32,728 nucleotides of DNA, from positions 1 to 32,728 of the IMG/VR virus record IMGVR_UViG_3300016471_000416; one strand, written 5' to 3'. Made by a program: the position numbers and the translations under genes. The stretch comes from a virus. Its lineage: Duplodnaviria > Caudoviricetes. The notes beneath the pieces were generated by a model. It made no database searches, was not told the DNA's origin, and worked only from the letters and a program-made list of their open reading frames with translations. Of this stretch, positions 9,607 to 18,894 are shown one piece after another; positions within the stretch are counted from its first letter, which is position 1, and each line of letters starts with the position of its first letter.

Positions 9607-12600
9607 ATGGCAGATAGCATTGAATCTAGATTAGATAGTTTATTAAATAGCGATTTTTCAAAAATGTCTACTGAGGACATTATGAAAATAATATCAGGTG
9701 GACAGGATTTTAATATACCGTACGAGGATTTACAATCAAAAAAGGAATTTGATAAAGAGCTGAAAAAAAATACTAGAGAGGTAGAAAACGTAGTAAACAG
9801 TCTTAAACCCCAAGGACCTCCTATACCTATGAAAGACATAGAGGATCTTGCGTGTAAGCACGAGGGTGACGATCTTTATAGTAGAATATTACTAGAGACC
9901 GTAAAAAGACAAGACACTCAACTATACAATGATCTTTTAAATTCTGAAGAGTACAAAAGCAATATAGTTTTTTCGGAGGAAGATTTAGGAGTTAAGGTAA
10001 TAGGATCTAGTTTAGGTTTCGACAAAAAAATACCCTCGGAGGGAATACTAAAATTTCTAAAGAGAAAAAGCCCAGAATTTTTAGAAAAAACAAAAGAAAG
10101 AATATTCGACAGTTTAGATCCTCTATTATTAGGTAAGCCTTCAAATTCCGGTTCTAGAAAAAAGAGAGAATTAAATATTTTAGGGTTTAAGATACCTCTG
10201 GAATTTATTATGAACGGTACACAAATAGTACACGTTAAAATAGGAGGAGATGAGATAAGTATAGATGGTGCGATAAACAAAATAAATGATCTCTTAAAAA
10301 AACAAAATAAAAATTCTAAGCCGTGTGACTTCAATGGAGTGGACGAGAACGTTTCAACTGATAGGGTTGATGGGTTTGATTCTAATTTTTATCCCGACGG
10401 GGATGATCCTATATTGGAAGATGATTGTGCACCAGGAATACCAGAAGATCCTATAACAGGAGATCCAATTTCGACCAAGAGTGATTTTGAAAGTATTGTT
10501 GATGAATTTTGTGATCCGCCTGTTTATAACTTTAAAAAAGACGAAACTCCTGACCCCGAGCCACCCTCAGTAGATATCGAAGCAATTAACGCATGTGTTG
10601 CTTCTGCTTTAGATAAGAGTAAAAAGCTAGAAGAAGATATAAAACTTTTAGCAAGATGGCAAATGATAGAGAAAAACTTAGAGGAAATACTATATCACTA
10701 TGAGCCAATATATGAATATCAAAAATCACTCTATGAAAATTGGACATCAAGAGTAGCAAAAAACGAGGGAGGTGATCCTAATAATTTCGATCTGGGCATA
10801 CAGATATTAACATATAACGATCAGGTCATAGCTTATGGCAAAGAAATACAGGATCAAGAGGAAAAATATAACAATGATAAGGCATTATTTTTACAAAATA
10901 ACCCCATTTTTACCGAAGATCTTTTCCTTTTTAATGTATATGATACAGAACTGGATGATAACTCATTAGAGGAGCTTTTTAACAATCAGATAGAAGCTAA
11001 TAAATCTCCAATAAATTATGATTCTGAGAATGGATCTTGGCCAGTCACTGAAGGGATATCTGAATTTAAAATAAATGTTGAGGACATCCGAGCAATTATA
11101 ATAGAAAGAAATTTTATAAGTATTATCAAAGAAAAAAAATCGGAGGCAGAAAATCTTAGAGATTCTGTTATATCAACATTAAGCCAAAGAACAAACTCTC
11201 CGGTTACCCTAAATGATGTTGAAAAATCCTTTATTCCTGGTAATTCCGGATTCTCTGACATATATGGACAAGGAGACAGTAATTTAGATATAAATGCTAG
11301 AGTTTTTAAATCCCCTGTAGAGCTTTTATTAACTGGAACTAGCTATGCTTATGATTCTTATGGATACGATTTTCTAAATCTATTAGAAGAATTTTCTGTA
11401 AGATATAAAACTGATTTTAATAAACAAAGATCTGAACTCGAGTTTGAGTTATCTTTTGTTACTGATTATAATTTTCCTCTTCCATACAAGAAGGTGGAAA
11501 AACCAACTAAGATAACATTTACAGGGGAAGTGAATGATCCACTGGCGGAAGTAAATGAACCAGACCAAGAAAAAATTAAGATAGGAAACGAATATGCTAA
11601 CAATGGGGGACTTTTAGCTGGCACGTTGCCAGATTATTTAATATCGTATCAGTTTCTAAAAATAAACAATATAAAAACTGGACAAGATGATGTTGCAAAG
11701 TTTTATGACTTTATAGAAAAAATAATAAAGAAAAATGATTCTAAGCAATCTATAATAGATGAAATAGTAAAGGATAGGGGAATACTTTATGGACAACTGA
11801 TAGAGAAGTCAGCTTCTCCTTGGCTATTTTTTAGTGCAGAAGAAAGAGGGGATAATGATTCTAGAGATCCTGCTAAGAATAGGCCTGGTAGTTTTACACA
11901 AGATGGGGAACCAACTCCAGTTTTTACCGATTTTTATGGTAACTTTAAACCTAAGTGGAATGCTAAATATTTAGAAAATAAAAAAAAATACATAGATCCA
12001 GCAATAGAGAGTCTTAAAACAGAAGCTAGAAAAGCTGGAGAGGGACTGGGAAAAACCCTACCTACATCTGATGTTATAGGAATTAGAATCACTGAAAACT
12101 ATTTTGATGTTAGAAGAAAGTACGAGCAGATAAAAGATACAATGCTTTTAGCTGCAAAAAAGATGGAAGAAATAAATGATTCAGTAAGTCCTGAGAATGT
12201 AAATAAAAGATTCTCTGATGTTAAATGTGCAGGTGCTAACGATCAACCAGCAGATGACGACAAAGAAAATTGTCCACCTGTTTGTTGCGGAGAGCCTGGA
12301 TCTGACTTTAATACTGATAACTATTTATTATCTTCCCCTCCTAGTTCTGACTGTCCAACTATGTTTCAGAGATGTTGGTGGAAACAGTTTTGTAAGGATG
12401 CAACTAAAGTAGGACTACTTCCTTACCCTAACGGTTTACCCCCTATTGAAGATTCAAAATATTTTTTAACTCCTGGGCCTTCGATTAGATTAGGATTAAA
12501 ATATTGGCCTGTTGGATATTTGCCACCAGCATTTATACCAATTCCTTTTCCTAATCCTATAGATGGTAGTCCTTATATAAGGATTCCTTTACCTATGATT

Positions 12601-14706
12601 TGGACTATAGTGCCTCCGATACTTATACCACTTCCTTTCAATTTAGGTATATTGGTTATATTTATTCCTTTTATCGGAGGATTTATGCCTACTCCCCTTG
12701 TCTATATTAAGGAATTTATTACTGGAAGTTCTTTATTTTTAACAGGGATTAGGGGTCCTAGATTTATTCCAAGAAAATCCGACCCTAGGATTAAGGACCC
12801 AATGGAAAAAATAAAGCAATTGATTTCGTTTGGTATACCTGACGGATTAATACCCCTCCCTGGATTTGGACAAGATAATTTAGATTCTGTTTTTAGAGTT
12901 GTTACTGACATCAGAACTAACATATCTAAAATATTTGACAGCGTTCCTGGACCGGGTAATCTAGATCAGTTTAGGATTACTCAAGAAAAAGAAAAAGAAA
13001 TTAAAGAAAGAATAAGGGAAAAAGAGAAAGAGTATAAGAGTAAGGTTGCTCTTTTAGATTTACCAAAGCCTGATTTACAAAGAGAGGCCGATCAGTTAAA
13101 AGATATAATAAAGGAAAGGAAGGATGTTTTAAAAACTGTTATTAAAGATTATCTAAAAAACAGTATTCCTGTTCCTAAATCGATTTACTTCCCTAAGGAC
13201 AAGGATAAATTAAAAGTAGATATACCAGGAATAGTTAAATCATTAAGGATACTAAAAGAAATGAGGGCTAGCTTAGTTCCCGTTGATTGTCCAAATTCTG
13301 TAAACTTTAAGGATGAAATGAGGGAGATACTTAAACTAATAAAAATTGTTTGTCCTCCTACATATTTTTTAGAAAATTTAAACGTTGCTAATTCTAGCAA
13401 GATATTTATGAGGAAAAATAAAGATCCCAGGCTTATGACCGAGGAAGAGTTTTCTGATATGGTTAAGTATCTAAGGGGAGTAACACTTATTATAACTAAA
13501 ATAATATTATGGGGCAATAGATTTTCAGTTATAAAGAAAGTAAAGGACGGTGCTTTTTCTTTAGTTGAAAAAAGCGAATTTCAAGGAGTGTTTAAGTTTC
13601 CAGAAATAAAAATAACAAATTCTGCTCCTAAGGCATTAAAGCTATTAAGAAAGAAGAATCCTATAATAGAGGCAATGAAATTCCGCATAATGGAAGGAAT
13701 GGTTAACATAGAATATACCAGGGAAGACTTTTCTAGATATGTTAGATATGAAGGTGAGGATCCTATATTAGTTATAAGAGTTAAGGATTTAAAAAAATTA
13801 GTTTCTAAAAAAATAGGATTAAGTAGAATAGGTCCTTTTGATCCTGTTAGGCCTTTAGACCAGGAGGATCCCCTAGTATCTAACTTTCCTTATCCTAAAG
13901 GTCCTTTGGCATGTCTTCAGTCATTAAATGGAGGATTTGGAAATGCCATTTCAGCTTTCGAGCTTCCCACAGTTTTTCCACCGAAGCAGGATCAGTTATC
14001 ACAAACTCCGGGACTGGGTGGGATCATACAAGTAACTATACCAGGAGATAAAATAAAATCTTTTTTAAGTGAAGCTTTAGTTAAATCATTAGATTCGGGA
14101 GCTCTTGAAAAACTGCTGCCTGAAATAAATGATATACAATCCCCAAGGTTTTCCAACTTAGATTCGATAGATATACAGAAACTTTCTAAAAATTTAGTTT
14201 TGGATTTATTAAGTACTGACCCGGAAAAACTACCACCCCTTTTAAACGTATTGAAAATACCAGTAATACCGAAGGCAAGACCTACGGATATTATAGAGCA
14301 GGCTTTAATCGGAATGGGAGCTCCTCCTTTTGCTAGGATTCCTTATAGTTTATTCTGGGAGTATTTTAAAAGCCCTCCTAAGACTCCACTATCTGATATT
14401 ATAGTTTTACAAAAAGTTAAAGCTTCTGCCGAAACACTACCCAAGATACCTTGGCCATTAACTGTACTAATTGGTAGGAATTTACTTAATATATTAAATC
14501 CGATAGCTATGAGTGATGATCATCCGGCATGGAGAAGAATGAGTCTAAAAAATCCTTATTATGTGGTTTACTTGGACGAATTTTTAAGAAGTGCAGCAGA
14601 TGTATCGGGACTATATAAATTTTTCCTTGGTGCTTCTGATTTGACCTATCCTATACCAGAACTTCAGTCGGAATTAAAGAAAGGATTTAATGTAAAAAAA
14701 TACTAA
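9607..14706 (+). CDS. Large hypothetical (probably virion-associated) protein
   Basis: 1699-aa uninterrupted ORF joined to the spike gene by TAA-T-ATG. Has acidic, Cys-clustered, Pro-rich hydrophobic and coiled-coil segments. Confidence 0.8.
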   Translation: MADSIESRLDSLLNSDFSKMSTEDIMKIISGGQDFNIPYEDLQSKKEFDKELKKNTREVENVVNSLKPQGPPIPMKDIEDLACKHEGDDLYSRILLETVKRQDTQLYNDLLNSEEYKSNIVFSEEDLGVKVIGSSLGFDKKIPSEGILKFLKRKSPEFLEKTKERIFDSLDPLLLGKPSNSGSRKKRELNILGFKIPLEFIMNGTQIVHVKIGGDEISIDGAINKINDLLKKQNKNSKPCDFNGVDENVSTDRVDGFDSNFYPDGDDPILEDDCAPGIPEDPITGDPISTKSDFESIVDEFCDPPVYNFKKDETPDPEPPSVDIEAINACVASALDKSKKLEEDIKLLARWQMIEKNLEEILYHYEPIYEYQKSLYENWTSRVAKNEGGDPNNFDLGIQILTYNDQVIAYGKEIQDQEEKYNNDKALFLQNNPIFTEDLFLFNVYDTELDDNSLEELFNNQIEANKSPINYDSENGSWPVTEGISEFKINVEDIRAIIIERNFISIIKEKKSEAENLRDSVISTLSQRTNSPVTLNDVEKSFIPGNSGFSDIYGQGDSNLDINARVFKSPVELLLTGTSYAYDSYGYDFLNLLEEFSVRYKTDFNKQRSELEFELSFVTDYNFPLPYKKVEKPTKITFTGEVNDPLAEVNEPDQEKIKIGNEYANNGGLLAGTLPDYLISYQFLKINNIKTGQDDVAKFYDFIEKIIKKNDSKQSIIDEIVKDRGILYGQLIEKSASPWLFFSAEERGDNDSRDPAKNRPGSFTQDGEPTPVFTDFYGNFKPKWNAKYLENKKKYIDPAIESLKTEARKAGEGLGKTLPTSDVIGIRITENYFDVRRKYEQIKDTMLLAAKKMEEINDSVSPENVNKRFSDVKCAGANDQPADDDKENCPPVCCGEPGSDFNTDNYLLSSPPSSDCPTMFQRCWWKQFCKDATKVGLLPYPNGLPPIEDSKYFLTPGPSIRLGLKYWPVGYLPPAFIPIPFPNPIDGSPYIRIPLPMIWTIVPPILIPLPFNLGILVIFIPFIGGFMPTPLVYIKEFITGSSLFLTGIRGPRFIPRKSDPRIKDPMEKIKQLISFGIPDGLIPLPGFGQDNLDSVFRVVTDIRTNISKIFDSVPGPGNLDQFRITQEKEKEIKERIREKEKEYKSKVALLDLPKPDLQREADQLKDIIKERKDVLKTVIKDYLKNSIPVPKSIYFPKDKDKLKVDIPGIVKSLRILKEMRASLVPVDCPNSVNFKDEMREILKLIKIVCPPTYFLENLNVANSSKIFMRKNKDPRLMTEEEFSDMVKYLRGVTLIITKIILWGNRFSVIKKVKDGAFSLVEKSEFQGVFKFPEIKITNSAPKALKLLRKKNPIIEAMKFRIMEGMVNIEYTREDFSRYVRYEGEDPILVIRVKDLKKLVSKKIGLSRIGPFDPVRPLDQEDPLVSNFPYPKGPLACLQSLNGGFGNAISAFELPTVFPPKQDQLSQTPGLGGIIQVTIPGDKIKSFLSEALVKSLDSGALEKLLPEINDIQSPRFSNLDSIDIQKLSKNLVLDLLSTDPEKLPPLLNVLKIPVIPKARPTDIIEQALIGMGAPPFARIPYSLFWEYFKSPPKTPLSDIIVLQKVKASAETLPKIPWPLTVLIGRNLLNILNPIAMSDDHPAWRRMSLKNPYYVVYLDEFLRSAADVSGLYKFFLGASDLTYPIPELQSELKKGFNVKKY

Positions 14707-14713
14707 GTTCTTG

Positions 14714-14743
14714 GAAATTTTAATGAAATTTTACACTATAAAA
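14714..14743 (+). promoter_or_regulatory. Candidate bipartite promoter GAAATT-N15-ACTATAAAA
   Basis: In the intergenic gap before the S1-like gene. Both boxes and the spacing match 39-68. Confidence 0.5.
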
Positions 14744-14762
14744 TAATACAAACCCAAATAAC

Positions 14763-15872
14763 ATGAAAAACAAAAATTTTAGCTGCTTCGAATATGAAAT
14801 AGGTGAAAGAGAAAGAATGGATTCTTTATATGAATCTACTTTTCCTGAATCAACAAATAGAATTACAGGAAAAGATATTCAAAATAATTCCTCTGAAAGA
14901 ATTATTATAACTGGATTTGACCAAGGAAAAGGAATTGCTTTAGGAGAGACTCCGTTCGGACAAACTATTATAATAGACACAAAGAAAGAAGAAAAGAACA
15001 TGAAAAAACTTGGGTATCCTCTAGTAGAAATGACAGTGGGACAAGTTATAGATGTTGTTATCAATAGGGATACATCGGGATCTTTTAACGGATCGGTATC
15101 TGCAGGATACGAAGAATCTCTTAAGAAAGAACTTCATAGATCTATTAAAGAAGAAAACTGCGCATTTAACGTCAGAGTTAAAAATGTATGTAATGGGGGT
15201 TTCATGGTGGATCTTTCTGGGATAGAGTGTTTCTTACCTGGAAGCTTGGCAGCAGCAAACCGAATTATGAATTTTGCTGATTATGTAGGCAAGGAATTAA
15301 CCGTAATGGTAGAAGTTTACGATCAGAAAAGAGACATATTCGTAGTATCATTTAAAAAATACTTAAAGAAGATTATAGATCGCCAAGTTCATAACTTATC
15401 TTTTTCCCAAAAATATCAAGGAAATGTTACAGGGGCATCTTTAAATGGAATATTCGTTGAATGGGACGAAATATACACAGGAATAATCCTAATAGACGAT
15501 TCAAATAGAAGTTCTCTCAAAGATATTCAAACAGGAGACGTGGTAGAATTTTATGTTGTAGATATTAAAAATCCTCAGAGAATAACATTATCTGTAACTG
15601 AGCCAAGTTCAAAGATGAAAAATCTTCAGGATCTTAAAGATTCTTCTTCCGATGTTTTAGGGGAAAATACTGAATTGAAAATATATAAAGCAGAGATTAC
15701 TAAGATTAAAACTTTCGGGGTCTTTGTTAAAATGGAAAACGGATTAAGCGGACTTATTGAAAAAGAAAAATTAGTAAACTCTATTAAAGAATATAAGGTT
15801 GGACAATCGGTTGATTGCTCGATCTTAAGTGTGGATAGTTCTACACTTAAAATACAATTAATGGAGAAATAA
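14763..15872 (+). CDS. rpsA: Ribosomal protein S1 (bS1)-like multi-S1-domain RNA-binding protein
   Basis: GGFMVDLSGIECFLPGSL...YVGKELTVMVEVYDQKRDIFVVS matches bS1 domain 2. YQGNVTGASLNGIFVEWDEIYTGII and AEITKIKTFGVFVKMENGLSGLI...YKVGQSVDCSILSVD are further S1 repeats. A degenerate first domain ends MTVGQVIDVVI. Confidence 0.85.
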   Translation: MKNKNFSCFEYEIGERERMDSLYESTFPESTNRITGKDIQNNSSERIIITGFDQGKGIALGETPFGQTIIIDTKKEEKNMKKLGYPLVEMTVGQVIDVVINRDTSGSFNGSVSAGYEESLKKELHRSIKEENCAFNVRVKNVCNGGFMVDLSGIECFLPGSLAAANRIMNFADYVGKELTVMVEVYDQKRDIFVVSFKKYLKKIIDRQVHNLSFSQKYQGNVTGASLNGIFVEWDEIYTGIILIDDSNRSSLKDIQTGDVVEFYVVDIKNPQRITLSVTEPSSKMKNLQDLKDSSSDVLGENTELKIYKAEITKIKTFGVFVKMENGLSGLIEKEKLVNSIKEYKVGQSVDCSILSVDSSTLKIQLMEK

Positions 15873-15876
15873 AAAA

Positions 15877-17319
15877 TTGGCCAATTTACTTACTAATGAT
15901 TTTTTCTATTCTGTTAAGTTGGGATTTGAGTTTGAGTTTTACAGTAACTTAAACCGAAACGAGATTACTTATCAGTTAGGAAAAGTATTGGGTAAAAAAA
16001 TTCTTCTTTTTAATAAGTATCATTCTAAATTTACACCTACTAAGGATATTTTTAAATTAGAACCAGATTATTCAGGGGGATCTAAGATGGTTGAACTCAT
16101 CACAGGTCCCCTTCCTTATTTTGAGTCTATTGTAATACTAATAAAAACTCTAAAGTGGATAGATGAGAACGGATATACTGATAAAAAATCTGCGTTTCAG
16201 TTTGGTGTCAGTATAGACACTTCAATTTATCCAGATGTTCCTCCAATAAGTCAACTAAACGTTCTAAAATACATTTTAGGATTTGACGAGAATGTTATCT
16301 ATAAGAGATTTCCTGACAGATCTGGATCTTTATATGCTAAGTCTATCAAAAGAATTATACCTAATAATAAATTTGTAGATCCTAGTAATGTTTCTTTTAT
16401 TGATAGAAACTTATTTGAAGTTCCTTTGGAAAAGAACATGGGTATAAATTTCTTAAAGTTACCTGAGGGATATTTTGAGGTAAGGTATCTTGGTGGTAAG
16501 GATTACCAGAAAAAATACTCTCCGATAAAGGAAGTTATAGATTATATAATAACTTATACAGTAGGGGTATTACAATTTAACGACGGATTTACAGAAAATG
16601 ATCTTAAGATACTAAAAATGTTCTTAAGCGAAATCTATAAAAATTCTTCAACATTTATCGATCCTGAAGCTTTCCAAAAGAACTATCCCCACTTAAATGT
16701 TATGATAGATCTTAAGTCAGATCCCCAAATATTAAGATCATTCTTTCTAAATATAAGAGAAATTCTTTACGATATAATAGTAGAGAATAACATCAAGGAG
16801 GGAATGGTAAACTATGACAGCAATCTAGGAAAATTCCAGCTTAAAGATATAAAAACAACAAGAGCATACTTACTAAAAGATTATGACATTTTAGACGGCG
16901 AAATAGCGGGTAATATTTTTAATTGTAGAATGTTTAATTGTAAATTGAATGATTGTACCATAGAGGAATCTGATCTTATTACTAACAATGAGATTAATAG
17001 ATCTAAGATACTGGTATCTGACATTTACTTTACTAATACTGTTCATGACAGCTATATAGATAATAAAGATAAAGAAATCAATTGTGAAGTTTTCGGGGGA
17101 ATAATTAGATCAGGATTTATCGGAAAACTTGCTACTATATCTCCGGAGACGGAAACAGTAAAAGAGGGTGAGGATGATAAGAAGTTGAAAGGAAGCTCCA
17201 AAAAACAGCAGTTCCCTAATAGAAATGAGGCAGATGCTTTATCTAAATCAGTTAGATTCGCTAACAATAATTCTAAGCCATCAGGGATTCCTGGTATAAA
17301 TTTCAAATCTAATAACTAG
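15877..17319 (+). CDS. Putative amidoligase (COOH-NH2 ligase / glutamine synthetase-like fold) with C-terminal beta-helix-like region
   Basis: TTG start. Ordered motifs LGFEFEF, EPDYS, VELITGP, GINF and FEVRY match the amidoligase pattern GxExE...DxS...ExxSP...N...ExR. C-terminal IFNCRMFNCKLNDCTIEESDL has pentapeptide-like periodicity. Confidence 0.65.
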   Translation: MANLLTNDFFYSVKLGFEFEFYSNLNRNEITYQLGKVLGKKILLFNKYHSKFTPTKDIFKLEPDYSGGSKMVELITGPLPYFESIVILIKTLKWIDENGYTDKKSAFQFGVSIDTSIYPDVPPISQLNVLKYILGFDENVIYKRFPDRSGSLYAKSIKRIIPNNKFVDPSNVSFIDRNLFEVPLEKNMGINFLKLPEGYFEVRYLGGKDYQKKYSPIKEVIDYIITYTVGVLQFNDGFTENDLKILKMFLSEIYKNSSTFIDPEAFQKNYPHLNVMIDLKSDPQILRSFFLNIREILYDIIVENNIKEGMVNYDSNLGKFQLKDIKTTRAYLLKDYDILDGEIAGNIFNCRMFNCKLNDCTIEESDLITNNEINRSKILVSDIYFTNTVHDSYIDNKDKEINCEVFGGIIRSGFIGKLATISPETETVKEGEDDKKLKGSSKKQQFPNRNEADALSKSVRFANNNSKPSGIPGINFKSNN

Positions 17320-17321
17320 CC

Positions 17322-18101
17322 ATGACAGAAGCAGATTTAATACAAGAGATAAGAGATGATATCTCTCATTCTTGTGCTCTACCATATAACCTAAACGAGC
17401 AGGAAATAAAAAGGATCATAAAAAGAGCTAGAGCTTATTTCTATGATAACTACCAATATGCTGTAGAGGATAGGATATTTGTTTTAGGGAGGGAATTATT
17501 TTCTACCCCTGCTTTTAGAGCTACTAGACAAATACAAATGCCACAGTGTGTTAGATCTATATATGAGGTAAGAGAAGTTAATGGCTCCGGATTGATTGGA
17601 ACTCCCGATAAAGATTTTGGCGATTCTAAACTATTAGGATCTGAACTTATGCTATCCCCTTTTGCTGGTGATAACTTGGTTTATAGAACGGTTCTTTATT
17701 CTTTCTTTGATCTTGCTAAAGCATATCTATTAGAGACTTACGCTTTTAACTACAATAAAAATACTAAAAGACTTACAATAAATGGTAGGGACCCGAACAG
17801 AACTTATCAAACTGATGGAGGAAGTTCATCTACTCTATTCACTGGTACTGATGTAGGCGTTAGAGCTTATATAGATATACCTGAAGAAAACCTATATGAT
17901 GATGAGCTATTCGTTAGATTCTGTCTAGCTGAAGCTAAAATAAACATTGGTAGATTACTAGGAACATTCGAATATAATTTACCAGGCGGTGTTAGAGTTA
18001 ATTATAATAACATACAAAGTGCAGGCACTGCAGAAAAAACTGAGATCATTCAAATGATCAAAGATGAGAACACGCCTTCATACTTCTTGCAGTGGAATTG
18101 A
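17322..18101 (+). CDS. Neck protein, T4 gp13-like
   Basis: N-terminal LNEQEIKRIIKRARAYFYDN and C-terminal FVRFCLAEAKINIGRLLGTFEYNLPGGVRVN, matching the gp13 LPGGV motif. Confidence 0.8.
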   Translation: MTEADLIQEIRDDISHSCALPYNLNEQEIKRIIKRARAYFYDNYQYAVEDRIFVLGRELFSTPAFRATRQIQMPQCVRSIYEVREVNGSGLIGTPDKDFGDSKLLGSELMLSPFAGDNLVYRTVLYSFFDLAKAYLLETYAFNYNKNTKRLTINGRDPNRTYQTDGGSSSTLFTGTDVGVRAYIDIPEENLYDDELFVRFCLAEAKINIGRLLGTFEYNLPGGVRVNYNNIQSAGTAEKTEIIQMIKDENTPSYFLQWN

Positions 18102-18120
18102 AAAAAATACAGTTTACTTT

Positions 18121-18129
18121 GGGTATATA
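18121..18129 (+). promoter_or_regulatory. Candidate promoter GGGTATATA
   Basis: Intergenic, upstream of the remnant ATG at 18146 and within an imperfect inverted repeat (18115-18150). Confidence 0.35.
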
Positions 18130-18145
18130 ATAATAAAAATATCCA

Positions 18146-18292
18146 ATGTAGATATTACAAAAAATTGAAGGGTGGAGATCTAAGACCGGTAAAGATTTCG
18201 GAACTACCATAAGGATATTTCACAAAGTAAAAAATATAGAAGAAAAAAGGGTGATTAACCTTATGATAAAAAATTATTATTTATATGACTAG
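18146..18292 (+). pseudogene. Probable decayed paralog of the downstream gene family (C-terminal fragment)
   Basis: ATG-TAG at 18146-18151, then 46 open codons ILQKIEGWRSKTGKDFGTTIRIFHKVKNIEEKRVINLMIKNYYLYD*. The end aligns with IIEGIDSKRLFNFMIKKGLFI* of 18285..18770. Confidence 0.45.
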
Positions 18293-18770
18293 AGAGGATT
18301 TTATAAAAAAGCTGCAAAGGAATAATTTGCAAAAAAACACAAGCCTTTCTTACCAAGAAATATATGGGGGTAGAATTTTAGTAACTGGGAAGGGTCATTG
18401 TGTTATAGGTGGGGATTCAATACCTAGTGGAACTATTTTTAATAATGAGGGGTTTGTTGATATGAGTATAACATATGTCTCGGATGGGGTTGAGTTTATT
18501 AATGGGGGTGATGTTAATATACCATTTATTACATCTATAGGAGATAACGTGAAGTTTGAAAATTCTGGAAGTGTAAATTTTGGAAGTAATTTGAGAAAAA
18601 TTAGCAAATCAGTAGAGTTTAATCAAGAAAAAGATATTAATGTTTACGTGGAATGGTCAGGCTTTATCTGGCTTGACGATGTAAAATTAAAAGAATGGAT
18701 TCCAATAATAGAAGGTATAGATTCTAAGAGGCTTTTTAATTTTATGATCAAAAAAGGATTGTTTATATAA
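18285..18770 (+). CDS. Small solenoid/LRR-like repeat protein
   Basis: Four ~20-aa repeats: DSIPSGTIFNNEGFVDM / ITYVSDGVEFINGGDVNI / ITSIGDNVKFENSGSVNF / LRKISKSVEFNQEKDINV. Confidence 0.75.
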   Translation: MTREDFIKKLQRNNLQKNTSLSYQEIYGGRILVTGKGHCVIGGDSIPSGTIFNNEGFVDMSITYVSDGVEFINGGDVNIPFITSIGDNVKFENSGSVNFGSNLRKISKSVEFNQEKDINVYVEWSGFIWLDDVKLKEWIPIIEGIDSKRLFNFMIKKGLFI

Positions 18771-18874
18771 TTCTGGATATTCTATAAATATTTTAAAAAA
18801 ACAAGCATGTCTCGATCTTGGGATTTCTTTTGAATTTTTGGTCTATAACAATAGGGGTGAAAAGATCATAAAAT

Positions 18875-18894
18875 AATCCTATTGTAATAGGATT
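18875..18894. repeat. Inverted repeat AATCCTATT-GT-AATAGGATT
   Basis: Perfect 9-bp arms read directly from the sequence. Confidence 0.8.

Noticed and set aside
14763-15872. Host chromosomal rpsA implying bacterial DNA or misassembly
   Set aside because: It is highly divergent, lacks usual neighbours such as cmk or ihfB, and is seamlessly packed with phage genes of similar composition.
18115-18150. Imperfect hairpin TACTTTGGGTAT...ATATCCAATGTA as an intrinsic terminator after the neck gene
   Set aside because: Weak AT-rich stem with a mismatch, a 12-nt loop and no U-tract. Kept only as a boundary observation.
18146-18151. ATG-TAG suggesting stop-codon reassignment (TAG read as Gln, as in some large phages)
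   Set aside because: Very long ORFs are intact under code 11, and TAG ends several genes exactly at gene junctions (17319, 21228). A single case is better explained as decay.
18783-18790. Exact T4 late promoter TATAAATA
   Set aside because: A single AT-only octamer about 120 nt from the next start, likely by chance in this composition. It does not recur before other structural genes.
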